64,000 nucleotides of DNA from Lobosporangium transversale. Its lineage: Eukaryota. The notes under the pieces are model-generated. The model made no database searches. It had not been told where the DNA came from and was given only the letters and a program-made list of their open reading frames with translations. Each line of letters starts with the position of its first letter. Positions within the stretch are counted from its first letter, which is position 1. Location: contig NW_019028979.1 of the NCBI RefSeq assembly GCF_002105155.1, positions 496,001 through 560,000 on the forward strand. Direction: 5' to 3'. The position numbers were made by a program, and so were the translations under genes. This document shows, piece by piece, positions 30,213-45,601 of the stretch.

Positions 30213-31787
30213 AGCCATGAGTGGAATTCCAGCTGATATTAACGCTCTGGCGTGTCAATCAAAATAAATTAATCATTCACCGGGTCTTTGAACATGTCTT
30301 TTTGACATGATAAAATGTATTTCTGTCATGAAGGATGCTTATCAGCCAGTCAGCGATCTGTACAACCAATAATAATAATGATGTGTAATAACGATGATCA
30401 TAATAGTGTATAATAGTGATAATAAATGTTGCACCTAAACTTGAACGCACACAAGGATTCGTGTTTCGATCAAGATCCAGGTCAAACGATCAATTGAGTT
30501 CAAAAGGGATGAAATAATAGATTGCTGAGTTTATGGCAAAAAGAGGAGAAAAGGAGTAAAGGAGAATGAAAAAAGGAAAATTACAAGGCTCTGGCCGTTA
30601 ACCAAACAACGCGAACAGAATCAGCCTTTGATGACTTGCCAGAGACTATCCTTAATGTCTGATCAATGAGCTTCGCCTGAAGATTGAACATGGCCCATGC
30701 TTATATTATTGTTATTATTATTATGTAGTATTTCTTACAATTAAGCAATCAACTTTAGCAGCAAGAGGCAAAAAAGGATGCTCCATGTGCCTGGATTGCT
30801 TGTACGGATGTATAAATGTCTCATGTATATGAATGTGGAGAAATAGAAGCCAAGAAAGCTCTTTCGATTTCTCCTTGTTTTCTTTATTTTCTAATACTTT
30901 TTTTTTTATTTTTTTTTTTTTATTGATTTTGCTTCATGATCATTGGATCATTGGAAATATCCCTTTTCATTTTCATTTTACATTTATTTATGAACCCCCC
31001 CCCCAAACCCTTCTCACATTAACCCCCGTCTCATCTTTGTCCTTCCACCTCAACGCGTGTCTGTGTGTTTAAATTATTGTGTTCCATCTTGTGCATGGGG
31101 TCATTTTGAGTTGACTCTCTACCCCTCTCTTCCCTTCCCTTGACATCTAACCACTCGCTCATATTACTCTCTGCCCATCCCTCTTTCCTTTTGAACGCGT
31201 TTTATTTCTACGACGACCTTCTCTTCTTCTTCATATTCTCCTTTAGACATTCATTCACTCATTCACTCATTCACTCACTCGTTCATTTCATTTCATTCAT
31301 TCTTTCATTCATCCATTCATTCATTTTATTCTATTTTATTTTTTTTTCAACTTCTTCCAATTACTGCACGATTAGGAAACCCAATAACATTCACTGACAC
31401 GCGCGTGTGCCATTCACATTAAAAAAGATCTTCCATCACTTGACGCTCACTAAAAAAAAAAGACTAGTGCCTCGCCAACCTTTTCCCTCTTGCTTTCTCT
31501 CCTCTCTTATCCCATTTATGCTTGCACCTGTTTCCCCATCGCGGCACAGCCTCAACAAGTCTTAACAGGCACCTCCCTTTCTTGTTTTTTCTTTTTTTTT
31601 CTTTTTTTTTTTTTTTTTTTTTTTTCTTTATTTTATACAACTTTTTATTTAGTCTTTCTTACTCGCTCTACACATTCTTACTTCAAATTCACATTCGCAG
31701 ACACATACACATACATACATACACTTTACACGCTTGTCTGAATAGACATCAACGTCCACCTAAATACATTTGTGCTTGCCCTCGGTC

Positions 31788-32087
31788 ATGAACAACGGAC
31801 ATATTAACATGGCATCAGGCGGAATGGCTATGGCATCTCTTAGTCCCATGGACACGGAGCAGTTTCAGGAACATCAGCTTCGTTTGCATGAAAGGTATCG
31901 ACTGCAACATGAGCAACAGATGGAACTCAATCAAAATAGTACACACCCGCATGACAACGACAAGATGTCGCCTTACTATTCTTCTCAAGGTGTCTTTGTC
32001 GGACATGAATTAAGTCCAAACTTCGTTGCTAGGCCACAATATGGCCTTTCTGACTTTCAGCTTTTAGAGACTTTGGGTAAGAGAAAC

Positions 32088-32124
<37 letters not shown>

Positions 32125-34460
32125 GAGAAAAAGTGGAGCAATAACACAATTGTCACGCAAGCCCAGATGGAGTAATTGTAAAGGATATCGATGCACATGA
32201 GTAATTATTCAGTTCTTTATCTTTCATTGGTCCACCTTTGCTTCCCTTTTTTTTTTTGGGCACGAACTTGGTGTTCATTTTGATGGGTGATGCAAGGCAT
32301 TGATAAAAAAGAGGGTCGAGCGAGTATTGAAATATGCATGCCATTGCTTCGACCGAGCCTGGAGTTAAATGTGTGGGCCATTTTACACAGGCGGGAGATG
32401 ACTCTAACAGTGCGCTATCAAGGAGTGAGAGCATGAGGATGCGTGCATGTGTATTTGCAGAATGTTTTGTGTTTTTTATAAAATATGCTTTTTTTGTTGT
32501 TGTTGTTTGAGTGAGAGCCAAATGGTTGATGTACGCGAGACTCAGGGAGGCGCGCGATTATGTTGTACTTCTTCCTGTATGCATTATTCAGTATTTTGAT
32601 GTCTCTCGGATCGATCTGCGCGTGTATGATGATGGATTTGCAAAAAGTCTCTTGTTTGTGTTTATCCATATTTTGGGATTGCATACTTCGGGCATGCTGG
32701 GAAGGCGTTCTGAACACAAAGGATCTCTCCGGACCATCAAGCGTAAAGTTCCAGAGGGGAAAAAAAAAAAAAAAAAAAAGTATAAAAATTTGAGCGGGAT
32801 ATGGTTGCGTCGCCACTGGACCGAGCATGCTTCATATCGTCATGTCAGCATGCCGACATGCTCAACAACCCGCCTCCCTTCCCCTCCCCTCATGTCATAC
32901 CGACACAGGTGTTCAACTTTGAGATGCACAAAAGACAAAAACAAAAAAAAAAGAAAAAGAAAAAGAAATAGAAAAAGAAATACCGCTTAGAAACGCTTAT
33001 GCTTTTTTGAGCTTGAAAGAGGATTATGCGAGAAGGATCTTTACCCTTCTGTGATGATTGGCACAAAGGAGAGATTCAACCTGCAGAAAGGAACACCCGC
33101 GCGCACGCACATTCAATTCGATAGGCATTTCCATATTTTTATTATACGCACACACCACACACATACCCAAGCAAATGTATTTACAGTTCAGAGATGATGA
33201 ATACAGAAACAAAGCGGACTTTTTTTTTTTGTGTAGATGATGCTGGATGATGATGAGCTTGGATACGGGAAGATGGATTTTCTCACTGGGAAGAGCTGGC
33301 CTAATCCAGATCAGACCATCAATACTCATAACTCGTAATCTTCAACGCTACCGCTATCTTCAGTAAATTCTACAGTTGCAAAGGGAAAGGGAGAAGGGGT
33401 GTGATAGTAAAACTAGAGAAAGGTTGAACGCCCAGACACTCAAACACTTTGTTCCGCACGTATACAAACACATTCATTCATCCAGAAAACAGACGCATAA
33501 TGACCGAAAAACACAGATGGTAGAGCACCATCTCGACCTAATTCTGGGCATAAGCTGAAACAGTTTTTCATCCATCTTTTTTTTTTTTTTTTTTTTTTTT
33601 TTTTCGGGACCAGAAGCACATTGGTACTAATAAAATCCCTTGAGGGAAGGGGGGGGGGAGGAGAGAAAACACACGTATGCACGTAATCGTAACAACCGCA
33701 TATCTCTCGGACAAAAATAAATGTTGAGGTTGTTGGCAAAGCAGGGATCTCGTGGATAATATCTGGAAAACAAAGTTGGTATCGAGAGAAGATACTGGAA
33801 ATATTGTTGTAGACAGATTACTCAACTTGGGTCTGCAATCGTAGAAAGGGATTGGGACGCTATTGATCGCACATTATTGATATCAAATACAGTTGGTGTT
33901 CCACGTAGATTGATATGTTCCTTATCAATTATCAGAGAAAAATTTTATCAAGGTCTTCCATTCTTTCCTTTTATTCACATGCCATTTTCCTTCCCTTTCC
34001 ATTTTACCACCTATTCTGAAAAACAAACACGTCTGGGTTATCAAAGTCATAAATGAAGATAATGCGAGGCTTCTTGCCTAGACTTTTCACCCCTTTCATA
34101 TTTCAAGTTCAAACTGCAAAAATCCATGAGTGTGGTTTGAGGCATTGAGGCAATGATTCATTGTATTGCGGCGATATCTTTGCGCGGAGGTGTCCCTTAA
34201 AATTTCTTTGGTATTCATGCTGGCGCACCCATTTGCGGGCTTTACCTTGCTCGTTGACCCCGTGCATTCCACCCTTTCAGGGGAGAGGGGTGTGAGTTGT
34301 AACAGGAAGGGCAAAAAAAAAAAAAGGCGAACATTGATCCAAGAACAAAAAAAACCGAGGAGAGTTCGGGCGACCAATGGTCGTGATGCAATGCTCAAAA
34401 AAAGGCGTGGTTTCGGTAATCATATTATTAATGGTCTATTCTAACTGGACATGATTATCA

Positions 34461-34491
<31 letters not shown>

Positions 34492-35101
34492 TTATTCCCT
34501 TGTAGGAACGGGAACATTTGGACGCGTCTACTTGACAAGATCGCAACATGATCAAAAATTTTACGCAATGAAGGTGCTTAAAAAAGTAGAAGTGGTGCGG
34601 TTGAAGCAAGTCGAACATATCAATTCTGAAAAGCAGATTCTTGCACAAGTCAATTTTCCGTTCATCGTCAACCTGTACGTGAATCTTGGAAATTTAAGCA
34701 TATCGCCATTTGGCCCACTCGTTCACGCACTGACATTAAACTCTTTTTTAACTTTTTTTTTTTTTTTTTTTTTTTTTTTCGACAATTTAAATTGTATTTT
34801 GAACAGACATACAACTTTTCAGGACGACCGTAATTTGTACATGCTACTAGAATATGTTATTGGGGGTGAGCTCTTTTCACATCTACGAAGAGCAGGTCGA
34901 TTTTCGAACGACATGACAAGATTTTATGCGGCAGAAATCGTCTTGGCCATTGAATACTTGCACGCGAGGGACATCATCTATCGCGATTTGAAACCAGAAA
35001 ACTTGTTGCTAGATATCAATGGACATATCAAGATTACTGATTTTGGATTTGCTAAAAGAGTGCAGGATAGGTAAGCAAGCGGAGGATTCATGCGGCTTTA
35101 T

Positions 35102-35134
<33 letters not shown>

Positions 35135-36136
35135 CGAGAAAGATTAAATATTGGGAATACTCGTTAAGCAAATGCGTTCCGTCTAAGTGGAGTACGGAAG
35201 AGCCATCACAAGCGTCATTGCTTGCAATGCATGTCCTTCTATCTTTCTTTTTTTTTTTTTTACGGATTGTGAGCCTATACCTGTGTGCGGCTAGATTACT
35301 TTGAGGGCAAGCTAGGATTACGGCATGGGATGGAATTGATTCATAATGATTAGTAGTTGTCATCAATATGATAAACAGCGCTGAACGACTGGTCTTAAAT
35401 ACTATTTTGGAATGACCAGCCTTAATGGGATCCATAATTTTAAAATTCATCTTTCACTGAGTCTGACTTTTCAATTTCGTTCTTCTCTTAATGGATAGAA
35501 CCTGGACATTGTGTGGAACACCCGAATATCTGGCACCAGAGATTATTCAGTCAAAAGGACATGGCAAGCCGGTGGATTGGTGGGCGCTTGGTATCCTCAT
35601 TTTTGAAATGCTTGCAGGATATCCGCCTTTTTTTGATGACAATCCATTTGGGATTTATGAAAAGATACTAGCAGGACGCATATACTTCCCATCGCATATT
35701 GATTCTGCAGCAAAGGATCTGATCAAAAAACTATTAACATCCGATAGGACCAAACGTCTGGGTAACCTTAGGGTAATGAAATGACAATATTCTTTTAATA
35801 CCTCTGGTGCTTGACAAAAAAAAAAAAAAAAAAAAAAAAAAAATAGAAAAAAAGCCTCCTCGGTTGTATTGCAGAATCATTAATAATTACCTTTGTTTAA
35901 TGCTCTATCTTCAAAATATGTTTATAACATAGGGCGGGTCAGAGGATATCAAGAGTCACAAGTGGTTCAGGGGTGTGGATTGGGAAGGGTTACGCGAAAG
36001 GAGAGTAATAGCACCAATAGTGCCACTTCATCGTCATCCTGGCGATACTAGCAATTTTGAAAATTACCCCGAAGTAATTGATGAAGATGCAGGGCAGCAA
36101 GGTGATCCTTACAGATCCCTATTCCTCGACTTTTAG
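31788..36136 (+). CDS. pkaC: cAMP-dependent protein kinase catalytic subunit; exons 31788-32076, 34506-34674, 34807-35070, 35499-35772, 35933-36136
   Basis: [64 protein letters not shown] and a terminal FxxF (FLDF). All introns are GT-AG and in frame. Confidence 0.95.
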
Positions 36137-36668
36137 GATCAGTCAACAGTTTCATTAACTAGCTCTAAAGAGTATTGGGATAGAGATACTGTTGCTTCCA
36201 GCGTTGACGTGCTCCTGCCACATCAATCAACATTTGGTTCTTTTTTTTTATTTTTTTATTTTTTTCTTTCGTATACAGACGTCTTTTATCGAAGTTTACG
36301 CATGCAAACACCTACGAAACGAAAGAAAAAAAAAAAAAAAAAAAAAGCTAATCAACGACAACCACACCAACATCAACTACAACAAAAAAAAGTGAAAAAA
36401 ACAAAAAAAAGAAAAAAAAATTTTATCTCCATCTCATACTCAGCATCTATTTCATGTAATATTATCATTTTTCACTATTCCCTCTTTATTTTGCTGCATG
36501 ACGAGAAAAAGAAATTTATGATATGGCAAAGTACAGGACAATCGCTGGCAGGCTAATAAACATGATCCTTCCTCCGCCGAAAAATCTTAAATGCTTACAG
36601 ACGCAACATATTGAGCCTAAAGACGATTTAGGCCAAAGATTTCAATAACAACCTTCACGTAAAATGAC

Positions 36669-36700
<32 letters not shown>

Positions 36701-37037
36701 TGACAATGTGTTGCTGCCATGGTTTTAAACTTCTATTTGTTACGCCCATTTTGGTCCTACCGGTGACCAATTATGGATACTACCAACCTTTTCCGTGCCT
36801 TCAAAAAAAAAAAAGCCCTGAATCTTTGAGCAGCTTTTTTTTTATTCCACACAAATCGATGCAGAAACAATAGTGTCGTTGCTTAACTATCAATAGGATT
36901 CTAGGACACTTGCTAAAGAGCCAGTACATCCATTAAATCCTTGTAAGAAAATAACACTTCTTTTTTTTCCTTCATTCGACAGAGTATAACCATCGATTTT
37001 TTCTTTTTTTTCTTCTACTGTTCCTCCTGACTTCCTT

Positions 37038-37306
37038 TTAGTTCTTGATACCCTGTATAATGGAATAGAGAGGGGGATGTCAGTTTGTTAAACCAATTCA
37101 ATAATAATAAAGTCAATCAAGAGTTACTTACTCTGGCCATCTTCGTAGCACCATACAAGCTGCCAATGAATCCAATGGCGACGAGGCCGACGAACCCAGT
37201 CATAATGAACTTATCACCACCTTTTCTGAGGTAGATTGGGACATGAGAGGGAGTCTATCAATTGTTCAGGTTGGAGTTTGCCAAAGTGCAGAAATAAAAT
37301 ACAATA

Positions 37307-37341
<35 letters not shown>

Positions 37342-37634
37342 CGTGTATAAAGTTGAGATTCTTTTTTTAATTATGGCCGTAACTAGTAACTCCACGACAT
37401 GGCGTAGTAAGCAGGCGTGACATTCAAGTTGTAAAAAAAGTTAAAGTTGAAGTATGAAAAAAAGAAAAAAAAAAAAAAAAAAAAAACAGGCTAGGAATGA
37501 TGGAAAACGCGAAAGTATGACAGTTTTAAAAAAGGAAGGACCAACAATAGGACAATAGGAAGAGGAGTATATTCAAGTACCTGATACAGACGCTGGAGAT
37601 GAGGAACGGGGTTAGGGCGGTTGATGATAGACAT
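37038..37634 (-). CDS. COX7: 63-aa cytochrome c oxidase subunit VII(a)-like protein; exons 37634-37581, 37254-37132, 37052-37038
   Basis: MSIINRPNPVPHLQRLYQ|TPSHVPIYLRKGGDKFIMTGFVGLVAIGFIGSLYGATKMAR|GIKN*. The N-x-V-x-x-x-Q-x-x-x-Q / P-x-Y-L-x-x-G pattern plus one TM helix matches COX7/VIIa. Two phase-0 GT-AG introns. Not in the ORF track. Confidence 0.8.
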
Positions 37635-37747
37635 GTCTGAAAAAGTCGCTAAATGGAATAATGCAATAATGCAATTGAAGAATATAATGTAAGAAAATGA
37701 ACTTCAATTGTCCGAACAACTGAAGCGTCGAGGACGCGTCACGTTAA

Positions 37748-37759
37748 TATCACGTGATA
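37748..37759. promoter_or_regulatory. Palindromic E-box TATCACGTGATA in the COX7/RPL25 divergent promoter
   Basis: Perfect 12-bp palindrome with a CACGTG core in the middle of a 254-bp divergent intergenic. GACGCGTC lies just upstream. Confidence 0.5.
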
Positions 37760-37888
37760 AGTAATTCTTTTTTATGCAAGCACTGCTAAAATGGAAGGTG
37801 CACAAAGTCTGTGTAGCTCAAAGTGAAAGGACCACCACGTTTGCAGTCCCAGTGAAATCTTCCTCTTTTCTCTAATATCCAAACGAAG

Positions 37889-39541
37889 ATGACCAAAGGT
37901 GATTAGAGCGGATAGCAAAATGAAATAGGAGACTTCCATCCAATGATGATCCATCGATCCCCATCGACCCTCATCAAACCCATCGATCTGTTATCTTGGC
38001 TCAGGACATTGTATCTATGGATATTACCAATGCCCAAGATCCTTCAAAGCGCATTCAGGGCAATCGTACATGTCAACAGGATTGTCTTTTTATTTTTTTA
38101 TTTCTTCATTAAAATGCTCATCCAATGAGTTTGGTTTAATGGAAAAGGACATTAAGCTCAGCATCAACAATAGAAAGAGTCGACTTGATACTACCACCAT
38201 TACCTGAACTGTTACAACACAAAATGTTGATTCACCTCTTCCAAGTGCTGGTTCATTTGTCTTCAGTCAGTGAAGAGTTTGCATCGTCACAGAACATATT
38301 CACACCTGTATTCTAGACGCGTGAGGGAGCTATTGGCGAAGTACTCTTCTCTATGAAGAGCATAGGACCTTAAAAAAAAGAATGAGAAGAAAAGACAAAT
38401 GAGGAACAACAAAAAGAATATTGGAGACTCACTATCGTTTGAAAGCAAATCATACTCGGAATTAGTTGGATAGATCATTCTATGGAATTGTTTGTCCTGT
38501 AGCCTCAGTCATGGACTTCAAACAATCAAGAGGAAAAAAAAAAAAAAAAAAAAAAAAAAAACTTTTTGTTAATGGGAGGAGCCAGAAAACGGTGATGATC
38601 TGATGAGTATAAATACTGATCTGTGATCTATATTTCGAATTATAAATCGTTTTTAGCTACTTCGGATAAGACCAAGGCTCTCGCCGCCAAGAAGGCTGCC
38701 TTGAAGGGTGTCAACGGTCAGAAGTCTCGCAAGATCCGCACTTCGACCACCTTCAACCGCCCCAAGACCCTCAAGCTTGCTCGCAACCCCAAGTATGCTC
38801 GCAAGTCTGTTCCCCATGCTCCTCGCTTGGATCAGTACAAGGTCTTGAAGGCTCCTCTCAACACCGAGTCTGCCATGAAGAAGATTGAGGAGAACAACAC
38901 CCTCGTCTTCCTTGTCGATGTTAAGGCTAACAAGCGCCAAATCAAGGATGCCTTGAAGAAGATGTATGATGTTACCGCCCTCAAGGTCAACACCCTCATC
39001 CGGTAAGTTCCTTCTGATTTTTTTTTCTTTTTTTGGCTCTCTGTTTTTGTGTGAAAAATCTATGGGAGTATTTCGGCGAAAGCAATTGGATCGCATCAGA
39101 AAACCTCCAACAACAGGAAAACTGCATTAAAAGGGAAACTGTTCAGAAGTTCTGTATAAATTACAGTTCAAGATTGGACTTGATCGTCAACACCCCTATT
39201 TATGCAACTCAAGAGTGACTACAATACAAAAACTGGTGCAATTGCTATCAATAACTTCCCTATAAAAATAAAAGTCAAAAAAAAAAAAAGTTGGGTTTAT
39301 TATAACAGCCAGCAGTAATGTCTGGAGGCCTCGAAATAATATAAAAGCGATTAGAACCATTTTCTGATTTGCAATAATATTTCGCCGCTTTCAGTTGACA
39401 CTATTATATTTTTTCTTTTTCTAACTTTTCTTTCTTTGTTTTGCATATCATATTAGCCCTGATGGCAACAAGAAGGCCTATATTAAGCTTACCGCCGATG
39501 TCGATGCTCTTGATGTCGCCAACAAGATTGGATTCATCTAA
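37889..39541 (+). CDS. RPL25: 60S ribosomal protein uL23 (L25/L23a); exons 37889-37898, 38657-39002, 39457-39541
   Basis: [22 protein letters not shown]...[19 protein letters not shown]...[18 protein letters not shown]...ANKIGFI*, with strong codon bias. The first mini-exon ATGACCAAAG follows a CTTCCTCTTTTCTCT pyrimidine tract and is inferred. Confidence 0.93.
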
Positions 39542-39916
39542 ACGCTTTCAATAAACCTCTTTGCTGCGCGCGCATTGTTTTCCGTGTTGGCACTTCGAAC
39601 AAAGAAAATTTTAATGCTACATTACTTTTCCTCTTTCTACATGTAATTAATGGTTCCTTCTCGACAGTTTTTATTTGACTTTTTTGGGTCGTATTTGGCG
39701 CTATATGATAGCTCTTTGCTAAGTTGTTGTTACATGTTATTACAGAATGATGAAAGTGCAAATAAGAACAACAGAGATGGTGTACAAATGTGGAGCTTCG
39801 TGCTTAAAATCACAAAGAACAAAGAAAGTAATGATGACAAAAAAAAAAAGAAAAGAAAAGGGAAAAAAATTAGATGAAGAAATAAAAAAAAAAAAAAAAT
39901 GGAGAGATCGTGTTTT

Positions 39917-42632
39917 TCAGCGTATAGTGGTGATCACGCCAGAGAGCCCTTCATCGTCTCGTCGTTCCGACTTGCTCTTTTGAAAAACATTCCAGAACCG
40001 TAGCGTTTCATCGCCCGCACCGGTGACAACGGTTTGACCATCAGGCGAAAGAGCCAAGTAAAGAACTCGCATAGAATGCCCAGAAAGAGCAACGATCTGA
40101 TGCATTGCAGGGTATTTCCATACAACGACCTGGTTTTGGGAATATCCGTGAGTTGAAACAAGCTCATTTGATGTTTTAGACCATGCAAGATTGCAAACCT
40201 AGTGCCAGCATATGTAATATTGAATCGAGCCTATTAGAGACATAGCACAGCGCAAGAAAACTTTATAGGAACCTCAATAGTGTTACTGCTGTATATACCT
40301 GCGATCCTGTATCTGTAGCTCCAAGGCAAACTCCTGTGGCAGTGTTCCAAAAGCGAATATGACGATCTACAGTTCCTCCTCCGCTGGCTAAGACGCCAGA
40401 CTGATGTGGGTTCCAATCAATTGCCTTAACGGCTGCAGTGTGGTCTCGGAACTTGTAAAGAGGCACAGTTGAATCCTTCTCCCAGACCATTAGTTTATTA
40501 TCGTTGCCGCCACTAGCAAGTTGAGATCCACTACTGTTCCACTTCAATCCACAAACCTATGCATTGCCATAAAGTGATGAATGTCAGTTTTACATAGCTA
40601 CCCCATTGTGGTCCCAATGATTGTAACAATAATAACAAGCAATCGGAATAGACTCTCACCTCCCCAGTGTGGCTGGCCAATTGATGGATCCACATCTCTT
40701 GAGCTCGCACATCACGGTGGTAGATCTTTCGATCGCGACTTCCTGATGTCAAAATATGATCTTTCCATGCCAGTACGCCAACTCTTTGAGTATGTCCAGT
40801 TAAGGTCCTGACTTTCCGTCGAGCTCCTACATCCCAAATCTGCACATATCCCTTGTCTGTACCAACAGCAAGATGTGATCCCTATCATTTTGAACAAGAA
40901 ATATATATGTGCAGATGATACGGTGATATGTAAGATTGCCTTCTTTTAAAAGTTATAACATCACAGTAATGGTCATATGCCAGGATGTGTTCAAGCAATT
41001 TTTTTTTACCATTGAAATCCAATTGATGGAAGTAACACTATCATTCTCACCAAGACTACAGAGCTGGGTGACCCTGCTTGTCAATGCGCTCCAAAGATAG
41101 ACGCAGTTCCCTAAACCAACACCTAATACATTTTGTGATGACCAGTCTACTAGATTCAAGTAGAAATCATCCTGTTGTAAGTGTTATCCAATGATGGCAT
41201 CAGTTAGTCACAAATACTGCTTCATGAATTGAGATGATCATAAAAAAAAATGCTCTATTACATCATACCTTGAGTTCTGGCGCATCAAGGATTTTAAAGG
41301 GTACCTGGCTGATCGTTCGTGGGGCTTTCTTTGGGCTAAGTAGAATATTGCGACTCTCCTGCGACACAGGAGTTGAAGCATAAATTTGACGTGATGGTGA
41401 GTCGAAATGAATGGTATTATGTGTTGTTGTCGAAGAGTAATTAAAGAGTCGGCGCGGCGTACTAGCCAACTGCTGGTCAGAATGATTATGTGTATTGGTA
41501 AGCTGTAGTTCGTTTGCGATGACTGTGTCATGAGCTTGGTTTTGAGCTACATATTTAATATGTGAGAGTAGGTGATAAAAGAATAAGTTTTGTATAGTTT
41601 CATTTTTAAAAAAATAAAAATAAATAAAAAAGGGGTATCAAATCAGTTCCCAGCCAACCTTTCTTATAATGGTCTGTAGCCTGCGTAGCTTGTGTTGGAG
41701 TCATCGATGTCTTTCGTGATTTTAATCGAGATGTAGTCGAGTGCGTTTCTGGCAAAAGATCATATAGCTCTGAAAGACCTCCCTCCCGTACAGGAATGTA
41801 TCTATGCAATGAATAATCGGGAACCGCGCACGGTAAGAATGCTTTTCCAATTTTTATGCTTTTGCTCACCATCTTTGTATTAGCTCTACACAACAAATGA
41901 TATTTACCTATCATATACATGCTTTTTGGTCGGAGACCTTAATCCAGGGGATCGAATTGTTGATGAATTCCCGGTGCCGGTGAGGCCGTCATATATAGAA
42001 TAAAAAGGGTGCAAGGTTGCACTAGGAATAGGGGTAGTTCTGGGAGTAGACTGTGTATTATCATTATTGCTGATGTTTTTCGCGCCATCAGTTGTTGTGT
42101 TATTGCTGCTGATATTATTTTTATCTTGATTCGCCGTATTATTGATATTGCTTTTAGAACTATTGGTGCTAGAAATATTGCGCCTTTCAAACTTTTTTGC
42201 TGTTCCAGCAGTTCCTGGTATGCTAACTGAGGCCGCGCTTTGTAAAGAATTGCGCTCTAATAACGATGCTCTTCTCTTCTGGCCCGGACTTGAAGATGAC
42301 CAGAGACGACTCTTCGTTGTCCGGTTTAGTCCTGTTGAGGGCTGCACTTCTGTGTTGGTTGTAGGTGCCGCTGAAGGACCAAATACGCTGCGGTTAATCA
42401 CACCGCCTGATGAGCCTGGAGGGCCACGAGCTCTCGCAGAACGAGCAATAGCCAAGGATGTTCTAATAGCGCCACCTGTCGTTCTTCCAGCTTGAATGTT
42501 ATTTGCATCCCTTGTTGATAAAAGATTAGGTTGATGTTCGGGTAGGGTGTGGTTGCTTCTTGTTGCGTGTTGCTCGTCCCTTGTAGTCCCATTTTGAAAT
42601 GCTTCTACTCGACGTTTAAAGTCCGCATCCAT
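39917..42632 (-). CDS. CDH1: APC/C co-activator Cdh1/Fizzy-related (WD40), multi-exon
   Basis: N-terminus MDADFKRR. C-box DR|YIPVR split by intron 41907-41802. [66 protein letters not shown] and a C-terminal IR tail. Confidence 0.93.
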
Positions 42633-43811
42633 ATTGTATATTACTCTCACGTTTGTCGTTTTTACGAATCTTGACGCGCGTGAGACGTCGGCCGTTACAA
42701 TGGACGTGCCAGACCCTGGATGAGGTCTATATCTCTCTTATTGAGCAATACCCTTTCTACTCTGATTCAGTAGATATTGGAAGATAAGTAGCAATAGGTA
42801 ACTTGATTGGGAAGAAATAAGCTGCTGGGTAACAAAAAGCAAAAACAACAATTATAATAAGTATTTTAACGATACTATGAGTCAAAGCGTACAATAAAGC
42901 TTGATATGGGTTTAGTGGCGCTGTAGCCAATGGAGCTGTGCAAGGATAGTTGGTGTACTCACTGTACGTATACGTCAAGTTGCGAGAATGGGGTTTTGGG
43001 TTTTTGGCCGTGGACATAAAGGGGATCGCTGACTGTTTAAATTGAATGTGATGGCTGATTTCGATATTTTTCTCTTGATGATGACTACTCTTTTTTGTTG
43101 ATTTGCTTGTATGCACGTAGATGTGAACAAATGTTTGTTTGAAATGGGCGTAGGAAAAAAATAGTAAAATATTGCGATAGATGTCTTTTGTGAATGAAGA
43201 GAAGTGAACAAGCAAGATGAAAAGTTTAAAATTTGATTAAAAAAAAAACGCTTTTGACCAAGATAACAATGTAAAATAAAGAGAACAATAAAATCAAAGA
43301 TAAAGAAGGCCAAAAGCGCAATATTTAAGTACTTTATGGTACTTGGCTCCTCTCCTCATCCGACTTAAAAGACGCGTCTAAAACTGTTCAGGAACTGCGC
43401 ATGCTGATGTCCCAGGTCATTTTCCCCTACTTAATACATTATCAAAAACGCAGCATTACTTGGGCATTAGCCAAGCGGATACACTGCTAGTCCAAGGAAT
43501 CCATTGCTTTGATCCATAAAGAAGTATCTCATTTATATTTCATACATGATATAAACCATCAGAGCTCTGCTCATGTTTGACACTGGGATCCCAAGAAGCC
43601 AGGCTGGCTATCATTCAACGTATATCGCAGGCCCCTTAATTTATATTAAATACGAATATCGAAATATCGCATGTGCTGTGTGTCACCGAGCTCAAGATAT
43701 TTGTTGTGTTCGCGTGGCTTAACATGCATTATCTTTTTTTTTTTTTTTTGTGAACATTTCTTTGTCTCATTCTTCCAGCACCTTTTTTTTTTTCTTCATC
43801 CTCACGAAACA

Positions 43812-45298
<1,487 letters not shown>

Positions 45299-45601
45299 AA
45301 AACTCATCTTTGATAATTTTTGTCAAGGGGAGATTTTCTAGGAATTATTTTTTGAATTTGATTTTTGTTTTATTTTCATTCTCTCCGTTTATATCCGTCA
45401 CCTTCTTGCCATTTCCCAAAGAATAGACAGAAGCATAGGCGAAGAAGCTTCAAACCTGTACAATAAAAACTTGCATTGAGTGCTTGATTTATTTAAAAAA
45501 AAAAAAAAAAAAACAAACAAACAGCACATAACATCGAAAGTAAAGATGCCATGATGTGAACAGGAGACTATGATATATACAAATGGAACATGTTAATTTG
45601 T

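Noticed and set aside
32511..32990. 159-aa ORF nested in the PKA intron
   Set aside because: GTG start, poly-K from homopolymers and no recognisable domain.
38592..38620. GTGATGA..CTGA C/D-box-like words in the RPL25 intron
   Set aside because: The boxes are too close for a snoRNA, and the CTGA(T) probably belongs to the branch point.
38653..39096. 147-aa antisense ORF over RPL25
   Set aside because: Expected shadow of strongly biased codon usage on the sense strand.
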